Shown here: positions 1-7,011 of the stretch, piece after piece | Position numbering within the stretch: position 1 is the stretch's first letter | Layout: every line of letters starts with the position of its first letter | Assembly (NCBI GenBank): GCA_029781135.1 | Contig: JAKOXH010000031.1 | Coordinates: 112,697-144,696, forward strand | Reading direction: 5' to 3' | DNA: 32,000 nt | DNA from: Planctomycetota bacterium | GTDB lineage: Bacteria; Planctomycetota; Planctomycetia; Pirellulales; Lacipirellulaceae | Position numbers and translations under genes: made by a program | Notes under the pieces: generated by a model | The model's input: only the letters and a program-made list of their open reading frames with translations | Told to the model about the DNA's origin: nothing | Databases searched by the model: none

Positions 1-816
1 AGCGAATTGAATCGCCTGTACGACCGGGCCGCGGACCTCGACGTGCGTATCGCGCCAGGGGCCAAACACTGGGTGCCGCCCCATGTATTCGTCGCCCACG
101 TTAAGGCCCCCCACGTAGGCGACCGTACCATCGACGATGACGATCTTGCGGTGGTTGCGGAAATTGATTTGGAAGCGGTTGCGCAACCCCTTCGACGTGC
201 GGAACGGCAGAATCACGACGCCGGCCGAAGCCAGTTCGCGTTTGTAAGCGCGCGTCAAGTAGTAGCTGCCGATCTCATCATACAGCACATACACGCGGAC
301 TCCCTCGCCGGCTTTGCGAAGGAGGATTTCCTTCAATTGTTGGCCAAGTGCGTCATCGCGGATGATGTAGAACTGCACGATGATGTACGACTCGGCCGAC
401 TCGATGCCGGCAAAGATGGCTGGAAACGCTTCGCTGCCGTTGACGAGCAACGTGGCATCGTTGTGGTTGGTAAACGGCATTTCGGCCAGTTCCTCGAGGG
501 CCACGAACGTGGGGTCGGCTTCTTCATCGCGCACGCGGAAGAGCCGCATCTTCTTTTCGAGCGCCCGGGCCAGGTGGTCGATTTGCGAGTCGCCAGCCCG
601 ACGGGCTTTCACGTAGCCCTGAAACTTGCCGCGGCCGAACAGGGCGTAAAACGGCAGCGTGAAATAGGGCAACAGAGTAAGCAATAGCGCCCAGGCAATC
701 GCCCCTTGCGACGTCCGCGCCGTCATCAGCGCATGCACGGCCGTCAGCAACCCCAAGGCATGCATGGCAAAGCCGATGAGACCGATGAGCTCGAGCAGGG
801 AAAGGTCAATGGTCAT
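1..816 (-). CDS. Cardiolipin synthase / phospholipase D family protein (3' end runs off the window)
   Basis: Reverse-strand translation from the ATG at 816: MTIDLSLLELIGLIGFAMHALGLLTAVHALMTARTSQGAIAWALLLTLLPYFTLPFYALFGRGKFQGY...NRFQINFRNHRKIVIVDGTVAYVGGLNVGDEYMGRHPVFGPWRDTHVEVRGPVVQAIQF. It has the N-terminal TM region and the HxKxxxxD-type PLD motif. It is absent from the ORF track because no stop codon lies inside the window. Confidence 0.93.
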   Translation of the reverse strand, partial: MTIDLSLLELIGLIGFAMHALGLLTAVHALMTARTSQGAIAWALLLTLLPYFTLPFYALFGRGKFQGYVKARRAGDSQIDHLARALEKKMRLFRVRDEEADPTFVALEELAEMPFTNHNDATLLVNGSEAFPAIFAGIESAESYIIVQFYIIRDDALGQQLKEILLRKAGEGVRVYVLYDEIGSYYLTRAYKRELASAGVVILPFRTSKGLRNRFQINFRNHRKIVIVDGTVAYVGGLNVGDEYMGRHPVFGPWRDTHVEVRGPVVQAIQFA

Positions 817-1264
817 GGGGGAGGGGACGGGATACGGGGACAGGGGACAGGGTTGCGAGTGCGGAATTGGGAATGGGGAGTGGGGAATTAAGAAAACGTG
901 TTTAGCGGCGGCGGCAACGCCGTCCTATCGCCAAGGGCGCTTGCAGTACAATCGTTTCGGGAATAAGTGACGAATGGGGAATTGGGAATCCGGAGTGGGG
1001 AATATGACCTAAATGAGAACTGTCTGGTCAATGGCACACAAAAACATCAACGAATGCCGCCCCCTTTCCAGTATCGTCTGCGATTTGCTCCTTCACAAAA
1101 AGGCCGATTACTCCCAAAATAAGTGAGTATTGCTGTGACGATGAACCAGCGGTCCGCGCTCCGCTGGCGCGTCGCGGCTAAACGGCCGATCATTAGCGAG
1201 GCAAGAAACGACGATTGAATTGTCTTGATTCCCCACTCCCCACTCCCCATTCCCCACTCGCCCC
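817..1264. repeat. G-rich heptad tracts and an inverted C-rich tract between cls and queD
   Basis: GGGGGAGGGGACGGGATACGGGGACAGGGGACAGGG (817-852), GGAATTGGGAATGGGGAGTGGGGAATT (862-888), GGGGAATTGGGAATCCGGAGTGGGGAAT (976-1003). Inverted: ATTCCCCACTCCCCACTCCCCATTCCCC (1228-1255). Confidence 0.85.
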
Positions 1265-1726
1265 ATGTCCCTCACCATTATGCGTCGAATTCGCTTCTGT
1301 GCGGGGCACCGGCTCCACCGGCACGGTGGCAAGTGTGAGTATTTTCACGGGCATAATTACATCGCCGATTTCTACGTGACCGGCGACGCGGTCGACGCCG
1401 TGGGCCGGGTGATCGACTTCGCCGAACTGAAAAAGCTCTTCAAAGGCTGGCTCGACGACCACTGGGACCACGGGTTCGTGCTCAACGAATCGGACGAGAA
1501 CGGCCTGGCGGCCGTGAAGATGGTCGAGCCGTGCCGCTATTACGTGCTGCCGTACAACCCAACATCGGAGAACATGGCCAGCTACTTGCTGCACGAAGTG
1601 TGCCCGAAGTTGCTCGCGGGCAAAGGCGTCACCGCGACGAAGGTGGTGCTATGGGAGAGCGACGAATCGTTCGCCGAGGCGGCACTCGACCGGCCGACTG
1701 TTTCTAGTAGGACGTGTGGAAATTAG
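1265..1726 (+). CDS. queD: 6-carboxytetrahydropterin synthase / 6-pyruvoyl-tetrahydropterin synthase family
   Basis: FCAGHRLHRHGGKCEYFHGHNYIADFYV...GRVIDFAELK...LDDHWDHGFVLNE, the PTPS/QueD His and catalytic motifs. The true start may be the ATG at 1280. Confidence 0.88.
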   Translation: MSLTIMRRIRFCAGHRLHRHGGKCEYFHGHNYIADFYVTGDAVDAVGRVIDFAELKKLFKGWLDDHWDHGFVLNESDENGLAAVKMVEPCRYYVLPYNPTSENMASYLLHEVCPKLLAGKGVTATKVVLWESDESFAEAALDRPTVSSRTCGN

Positions 1727-1835
1727 TTGCATTCTCATATGCTTCAGATTCTGTCGACGCGGGTGGCACGGACAGTCGGCGGCGGAAGGCGTTGTCACCG
1801 AATGCGTCTCATTCGGCCGATTGTCCGCTTTCGTA

Positions 1836-1903
1836 CGTCAGGCTTTAACCTGACCGCTCCATGGCGATTGACCGTTCCGATGGTCAGACTAAAGGCCGAC
1901 CTA
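1836..1903. repeat. REP-like inverted pair (GTCAGGCTTNAGCCTGAC family)
   Basis: TACGTCAGGCTTTAACCTGACCG (1836 onward) and GGTCAGACTAAAGGCCGACCTA (1882-1903). Same family as 4478-4500, 16120-16182 and 16931-16996. Confidence 0.75.
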
Positions 1904-2022
1904 CGACGTGCGTTCCGCAAATATCGTCGGTTGATGGGCGGTGATGCCCCCCGATCGGCTTAATTGACGCGCTATCGGTGCCGGTGGGAATCTAATGTGA
2001 GAAGCCCAATATCGCGAACGGC

Positions 2023-2097
2023 CTGTGGGAGGCCACTCTGAGGCCGATGGCGTGTTGCAGTGGTTAACGTTATCGGCGTCGGAGACGCCTCCCACAG
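2023..2097. repeat. Intergenic inverted repeat, family 'CTGTGGGAGGCGTCTCCGACGCCGAT'
   Basis: CTGTGGGAGGCCACTCTGAGGCCGATG (2023-2049) and CATCGGCGTCGGAGACGCCTCCCACAG-type arm (2071-2097, TATCGGCG...). Imperfect inverted pair. Confidence 0.8.
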
Positions 2098-2138
2098 AGC
2101 CGATTTTTGCCACGTCACCAGATCCCTAGGAAGTTGCC

Positions 2139-3551
2139 ATGTCTGCCAATCGAAAGTGGACCCGAAGACAAGTGCTCCAAGCGACCGCGGCGGCTGGTGC
2201 GGCTCCGCTCTTTGTTCCGTCGCGGGTGCTTGGCCGGGGCGGCGCGGGGGCGAACGAGCAATTGAATGTCGGGATCATCGGCCTCGGTGGGCGGGCTCGC
2301 GACATCGCGAAGACCGTCCACACGACGCCGAACATCCGCATCGTAGCGGTGTGCGATTGCTTCAAGCCTCGATGGGATAAGTTCATCGAGGATGTATCGA
2401 ATGGCCAAAAGTGGAAGACGTACGGCGATTTCCGCCAGATGATCGAGCGCGAGAAACTCGACGGCGTGATGGTCGAAACCACGACGCACGCCCGGGCGTG
2501 GATCGTCATTCAGGCGATGCAGGCCGACATGGATGTGTACATCGAGAAGCCGATGTGCCTCACAATTTCCGAGGGGCGGCAAATGGTGAAGGCGGCCCGG
2601 CATTACAAGCGGGTGACGCAGGTCGGCACGCAGCAGCGGTCGATGCCGATCAATAATTGGGCCAGCGACTTGGTGAAGAACGGGGCGATCGGCAAGGTAC
2701 ACACGGTGCTCGCGCCGAATTTCATCGGCCCCGATGATTGGCCAGGCAAACCGGAAGAGAAAATGCCGGAGGGCGGCGACGGCAAATGGTGGGACGTGTG
2801 GACGAACCAGGCGCCGCTCCGGCCGTATCATCGCGATATTCATTACGGCTGGGCCCGCTGGCGCGACTACGACGCGGGCGGGTTGTGTTTTGGCGTGAGC
2901 GGCTGGGGCACGCATTCGTACGACCAGATCAACCGCGCGCTCGGCACCGACGAAACGGGGCCGCTGGAAATACTGCTGGAGGAGCCGGTGGCGGTGCGCG
3001 AGTCGGGCAAGTTCGCGGCCCGCACGTCGGTGGGCGGCGTGACCGTGGGCGAAACGGGCGACATCGACACGGGCGTCGATTATTTCTCGATGGCCAAGCT
3101 CAGCGGCCCGCGGGCGAAGGTGACGATGACGTTTGCCAACGGCACGAAGGTGAAGTTCCACCTGGATGGCGATCGCGGACCTGGGTTAGGCGCGATTTTT
3201 ATCGGCGACAAGGGCAAGATCGAAATCAATCGCAACAAGCTGGCCAGCAACCCGCGCGAGATTGTGCGTTCGCCGGAGAACCCGGGACCAAACAAGAAGC
3301 CGGAGACGCAGTATCACATCGAAAACTGGGCGGAGTGCATCAAGTCACGAGGTCGGTGCAACGCGGATATTGAGTACGGCCAGCGGGCGACGTCGTTGTG
3401 TGAATTGATCAATATCACGCGCAACGTGGGCCGCGTGGGCGAGGCGTTAAAATGGGACCCGGTGGCCGAGCGATTCACGAACTGCGACGAGGGGAACGCG
3501 ATGCTGAGCCGCGAACGGCGAAAGGGTTATGAGTTGCCGGCATTGGGCTAA
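2139..3551 (+). CDS. Gfo/Idh/MocA family oxidoreductase with Tat signal
   Basis: N-terminus RKWTRRQVLQATAAAGAAPLFVPSRVLG (twin-arginine), Rossmann motif NVGIIGLGGRARDI, EKP motif 'VYIEKPMCLTISEGRQMVKAARHY'. Confidence 0.93.
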   Translation: MSANRKWTRRQVLQATAAAGAAPLFVPSRVLGRGGAGANEQLNVGIIGLGGRARDIAKTVHTTPNIRIVAVCDCFKPRWDKFIEDVSNGQKWKTYGDFRQMIEREKLDGVMVETTTHARAWIVIQAMQADMDVYIEKPMCLTISEGRQMVKAARHYKRVTQVGTQQRSMPINNWASDLVKNGAIGKVHTVLAPNFIGPDDWPGKPEEKMPEGGDGKWWDVWTNQAPLRPYHRDIHYGWARWRDYDAGGLCFGVSGWGTHSYDQINRALGTDETGPLEILLEEPVAVRESGKFAARTSVGGVTVGETGDIDTGVDYFSMAKLSGPRAKVTMTFANGTKVKFHLDGDRGPGLGAIFIGDKGKIEINRNKLASNPREIVRSPENPGPNKKPETQYHIENWAECIKSRGRCNADIEYGQRATSLCELINITRNVGRVGEALKWDPVAERFTNCDEGNAMLSRERRKGYELPALG

Positions 3552-3578
3552 GGCGCGGGTAGCCTAAGGCGCGGGTAG

Positions 3579-3656
3579 CCCCCGGCTCTACCGGGGGTTT
3601 GAAGTGGCTCGCCCAACATAGAGCAACGCACTTTGTACCCCCGGCAGAGCCGGGGG
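3579..3656. repeat. Pair of hairpins CCCCCGGCTCTACCGGGGG (3579-3597) and CCCCCGGCAGAGCCGGGGG (3638-3656)
   Basis: Read directly. Each 19-mer is self-complementary and the pair is also mutually complementary. It lies directly after the oxidoreductase stop and after a tandem 'AAGGCGCGGGTAGCC'. Confidence 0.85.
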
Positions 3657-3704
3657 CTGACGGCAACAGAAGTGTTGAATTATTCGTTAGGAGCAAATCA
3701 TCCC

Positions 3705-4352
3705 ATGCATCTTGTTCGTCGTTCCGTAAACCGACTGGTTTATTCGCAAGCTTTACTTCTAGCTATTTGCTTAATCGTCGGTGTTTCCCACCCGCAATGT
3801 GCCGCCGCAGATGAGGCGAATGGCACGAGCAGTCTTTTCAATGGCCGCGACCTCACTGGTTGGCAACCGGAAGGCCATGCGGTTTGGGAAGTCAAGGACG
3901 GGTTGCTCGTCGGCAAGCAGGATGAGCAGAACCGGCCAGGCGATCTGTTGACCAAGGAAGAGTTCAAGAACTTCGAACTTACCGTTGTGTATCGCATGGT
4001 GTGGCCGGGGAATAGCGGCGTGTGGTATCGCTATCAAACGGCCGACAAGGCGTTTCAGGCCGATATTCTGGAATACAAGAATCCGCTGGCATACAGCGGC
4101 AGCCTGTATTGCACGGGCAAGATGTTTTTGGCCCGTAATACGGACCCGAAACTTGAAAAGCACGACGGCTGGAACACACTCGTCATTCGGTCAGAAGGCG
4201 ACCACCAACAGATCACGCTCAATGGCAAACTCGTCGCCGATGTCCACGACGACACCAGCGATCATGGCCGCATCGGCTTCCAGGTGCATCCAGGCAAGGA
4301 ATTCGCCAAGATGCAGATCATCGTGAAGTCGGCGCGCATCAAGCGGCTGTAA
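3705..4352 (+). CDS. DUF1080 (3-keto-disaccharide hydrolase domain) secreted protein
   Basis: Signal peptide MHLVRRSVNRLVYSQALLLAICLIVGVSHPQCAAA, then SLFNGRDLTGWQPEG...WEVKDGLLVGKQDEQNRPGDLLTKEEFKNFELTVVYRM and GRIGFQVHPGKEFAKMQIIVKSARIKRL. The ORF track opens earlier, at 3633. Confidence 0.92.
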   Translation: MHLVRRSVNRLVYSQALLLAICLIVGVSHPQCAAADEANGTSSLFNGRDLTGWQPEGHAVWEVKDGLLVGKQDEQNRPGDLLTKEEFKNFELTVVYRMVWPGNSGVWYRYQTADKAFQADILEYKNPLAYSGSLYCTGKMFLARNTDPKLEKHDGWNTLVIRSEGDHQQITLNGKLVADVHDDTSDHGRIGFQVHPGKEFAKMQIIVKSARIKRL

Positions 4353-4374
4353 GTGTGCCCATTCGCAGGCGTGC

Positions 4375-4445
4375 CATGCCCACAGCTCGCCGTGGGCATG
4401 GTATCCTCACGACGGCACGCATGGCCACTCCGAGCAGTGGCCATG
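4375..4445. repeat. Tandem pair of palindromes CATGCCCACAGCTCGCCGTGGGCATG and CATGGCCACTCCGAGCAGTGGCCATG
   Basis: Read at 4375-4400 and 4420-4445, in the gap after the DUF1080 gene. Confidence 0.85.
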
Positions 4446-4619
4446 GCACCCATGCGAATCCAGGGCATGGCGACCCCGTAGGTAAGGCTTCAGCCTGACC
4501 CGTTGTGGATGTTGGTCGCCCCACACGGCCTGACATACTCAGCTATAATAGGGAGAATTCAACAGCTTCCATGCGCGTCGTTACCTGGCGAGAAAACCCC
4601 TTGGATTATGTACGAACCG

Positions 4620-6212
4620 ATGAACGCCTTTCGAGTGTTTTTTTGTTTGAGTCTATACCTGATCCTGCCCGAGTTTATTCCCGCCGCACATGCCATGCCG
4701 CCGCACGGGGAGAAGGCAGCTGAGAAAGAGGCCAAGACCGAGGATCGCCCGGGGGAGGGAAAGAAGGACGACGACAAGGATAAGAAGGACGAACCGAAGG
4801 ATACGACGTTCGTCACGCAGCATTCGACGACGATTGGCGGAAAGGAGATCAAGTACACGGCGACGGCCGGCAAGCTGGTGATGAAGGATGATGAGGGCAA
4901 GGCCAAGGCGACGATATTCTTTATCGCGTACACGAAGGATGGCGTATCTGATTTGAGCCAGCGGCCGGTGACGTTCGCATTCAACGGTGGGCCGGGGTCA
5001 TCGAGCGTATGGCTGCATTTGGGAATGCTGGGACCGCAACGCGTAAAGGTGCCGGATGATGCCTCGCAGTCGCCGCCGCCATATGAATTGCAGGCGAATC
5101 CGCACTCGCTGCTCGATATCACCGACCTCGTCTTCATCGACCCGGTGAGCACGGGGTTCAGTCGTCCGGTGAAGGGGGAGAAGGACGATCAGTTCCACGG
5201 CTACCACGAGGATTTGGAAAGCGTCGGCCAGTTCATTCACGATTATGTGACGAAGTACGGCCGGTGGCGGTCGCCCAAGTTTCTCATTGGCGAAAGTTAC
5301 GGCGGGCTGCGAGCGGCGGGGCTGAGCGGGTACCTGCGCGAGCGGTACAACATGACGCTCAACGGCGTGCTGCTCATTTCGCCGGCGATCAATTTCGAGA
5401 CGATCGGTTTCGCGTTCGGCAATGATCTGCCATACATTTTGTTCGTGCCAGGCTACACGGCAGCCGCGTGGTATCACAAAGCGTTGCCGGGCGACCTACA
5501 GGCGCTCTCGCTCGAAGAAGTCGTGAAACAGGCGACGGCGTTCGCTTACAACGAGTACACGCTGGCCATGATGAAGGGCCAGACGCTCGGCGAACAAGAG
5601 CGAAATGCTGTGGCCGAAAAGCTGGCCCGCTTCACGGGCCTTACGAAGGAATTCGTGCTGCAATCAAAACTGCGGATTGACATGCAGCGGTTTGCCAAGG
5701 AGCTATTGCGCGGCCGTAGTAAGGTCATCGGCCGCTACGACAGTCGTTACACGAGCACCGATGCGGATGACGCCGGCGAAAATCCCGAGGATGATGCCAG
5801 TGCCGCCGCGGTGTTCGGACCGTTTACGGCCGCGATCAACGACTACTTGCGGAACGACCTCAAGGTGAGCGACGACCACGTGTACGAGATCATCACGGGC
5901 AAAGTGCAGCCCTGGAATTACGGGCGGTACTTGTCGCGCTACCCGGACGCCACCGATACGCTGCGGCAATCGATGTCGCAGAATCCGTACCTGAAGTTGT
6001 TCGTGGCCAGCGGTTACTACGACTTGGCGACACCGCCGGCGACCGTAAAGTACAGCGTCGACCACCTGCGGCTGCCGCAGGAATTACTGAAGAACATCGA
6101 CCACCAGTATTACGAAGGCGGCCACATGATGTACATCTACGAGCCGGCGATGACGAAGCTGCGGAAAGACGTGGCGGCGTTTTATGAGCGGGCGCTGGGG
6201 CGGCGAAAGTAA
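4620..6212 (+). CDS. S10 family serine carboxypeptidase-like peptidase, secreted
   Basis: PVTFAFNGGPGSSSVWLHLGMLGPQRV, the catalytic serine region KFLIGESYGGLRAAGL, and DLATPPATVKYSVDHL...EGGHMMY. Signal peptide MNAFRVFFCLSLYLILPEFIPAAHA. The ORF track opens at 4503; 4608 and 4620 are plausible starts. Confidence 0.93.
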   Translation: MNAFRVFFCLSLYLILPEFIPAAHAMPPHGEKAAEKEAKTEDRPGEGKKDDDKDKKDEPKDTTFVTQHSTTIGGKEIKYTATAGKLVMKDDEGKAKATIFFIAYTKDGVSDLSQRPVTFAFNGGPGSSSVWLHLGMLGPQRVKVPDDASQSPPPYELQANPHSLLDITDLVFIDPVSTGFSRPVKGEKDDQFHGYHEDLESVGQFIHDYVTKYGRWRSPKFLIGESYGGLRAAGLSGYLRERYNMTLNGVLLISPAINFETIGFAFGNDLPYILFVPGYTAAAWYHKALPGDLQALSLEEVVKQATAFAYNEYTLAMMKGQTLGEQERNAVAEKLARFTGLTKEFVLQSKLRIDMQRFAKELLRGRSKVIGRYDSRYTSTDADDAGENPEDDASAAAVFGPFTAAINDYLRNDLKVSDDHVYEIITGKVQPWNYGRYLSRYPDATDTLRQSMSQNPYLKLFVASGYYDLATPPATVKYSVDHLRLPQELLKNIDHQYYEGGHMMYIYEPAMTKLRKDVAAFYERALGRRK

Positions 6213-6279
6213 GTCGAGTTTTGGCCTGGCTTGCAATGAACAACTCATTCAACGAGCGACTGCAGGATGTAAACTGGCT

Positions 6280-6310
6280 TTGACAAATTGCCACTGGACT
6301 AGTGTATAAT
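6280..6310 (+). promoter_or_regulatory. Possible sigma70-type promoter (TTGACA ... TATAAT)
   Basis: TTGACA at 6280-6285 and TATAAT at 6305-6310, with a 19 bp spacer (longer than optimal). The -10 box is 6 bp upstream of the ATG at 6317. Confidence 0.45.
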
Positions 6311-6316
6311 TCCAGC

Positions 6317-6577
6317 ATGTCGACAGTCGCCAGTATTCTTGATTATTACCTCGAACCGTTGGCGTCAATGATCAATCGCGAAATGGCGGAAGCGATTATT
6401 AATCGGACGCCGGATCCGCAACTTGTTGCGCGGATCGCGGTTTTGGGACAGAAAGCTGAACAGGGCACGCTGACCGATGTCGAACGCGATGAGTATCGAG
6501 ATTTGATCGATGCCGGGGACCTGATTTCACTGTTGAAGTCGAAAGCGCGACGGTTCCTCGACGAGAATCCCGCGTAG
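6317..6577 (+). CDS. Small conserved-looking hypothetical protein upstream of HNH endonuclease
   Basis: MSTVASILDYYLEPLASMINREMAEAIINRTPDPQLVARIAVLGQKAEQGTLTDVERDEYRDLIDAGDLISLLKSKARRFLDENPA. It ends 3 bp before the next ATG. The ORF track start at 6302 would place the -10 box inside the gene. Confidence 0.75.
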   Translation: MSTVASILDYYLEPLASMINREMAEAIINRTPDPQLVARIAVLGQKAEQGTLTDVERDEYRDLIDAGDLISLLKSKARRFLDENPA

Positions 6578-6580
6578 CTC

Positions 6581-6976
6581 ATGGAGACATCGGGACGAGA
6601 ACTTGTGCGGCAGCGTGCCGGCGGCAGGTGTGAGTATTGCCGGCTGCCCGAAGAAGCCGACGAGTGGCCATTCCACTTCGAGCATGTGATTGCGAAACAG
6701 CACGGTGGAACCGATTCGGCCGATAACCTATGCTGGTCGTGCAGTCGCTGCAACTTCTATAAAGGTCCGAATATCGCCAGCATTGACGTTGCCACCGGGG
6801 TGATGGTCGGACTCTTTCATCCTCGCCATGATGTTTGGAAAGAGCATTTTGACGTTCGTGGCCCGCACATCATTGGATTGACTGCTAGGGGCAGGGCAAC
6901 AGTTCGACTGCTCCATATGAATGACGACCGACGTTTGGATTTACGACGTGATTTGATCGAGCGGGAAATCATTTAG
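6581..6976 (+). CDS. HNH endonuclease family protein
   Basis: RAGGRCEYCRLPEEADEWPFHFEHVIAKQHGGTDSADNLCWSCSRCNFYKGPNIA: CxxC...H...N...CxxCN HNH signature, followed by LFHPRHDVWKEHF...GLTARGRATVRLLHMN. Confidence 0.88.
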   Translation: METSGRELVRQRAGGRCEYCRLPEEADEWPFHFEHVIAKQHGGTDSADNLCWSCSRCNFYKGPNIASIDVATGVMVGLFHPRHDVWKEHFDVRGPHIIGLTARGRATVRLLHMNDDRRLDLRRDLIEREII

Positions 6977-7011
6977 GTTTCGACCAGGCTCAAAGTTGAA
7001 AGGACGCTGTA

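Noticed and set aside
7-687. 226-aa + strand ORF from the track
   Set aside because: It lies antisense to the clear cardiolipin synthase/PLD gene (NHRKIVIVDG...GGLNVGDEYMG) on the minus strand, so it is a shadow ORF.
1047-1250. 67-aa minus-strand ORF (MGSGEWGIKTIQ...) in the cls-queD gap
   Set aside because: Its N-terminus is just the translated heptad array and nothing else supports coding.
2115-3161. 348-aa minus-strand ORF
   Set aside because: Antisense to the Gfo/Idh/MocA oxidoreductase. High-GC shadow ORF with His/Arg/Asp-rich composition typical of such shadows.
4544-4549. TATAAT upstream of the S10 peptidase gene with nearby CTGACA
   Set aside because: CTGACA at 4530-4535 is only about 8 bp from the -10 box, which is incompatible spacing, and no better -35 was seen.
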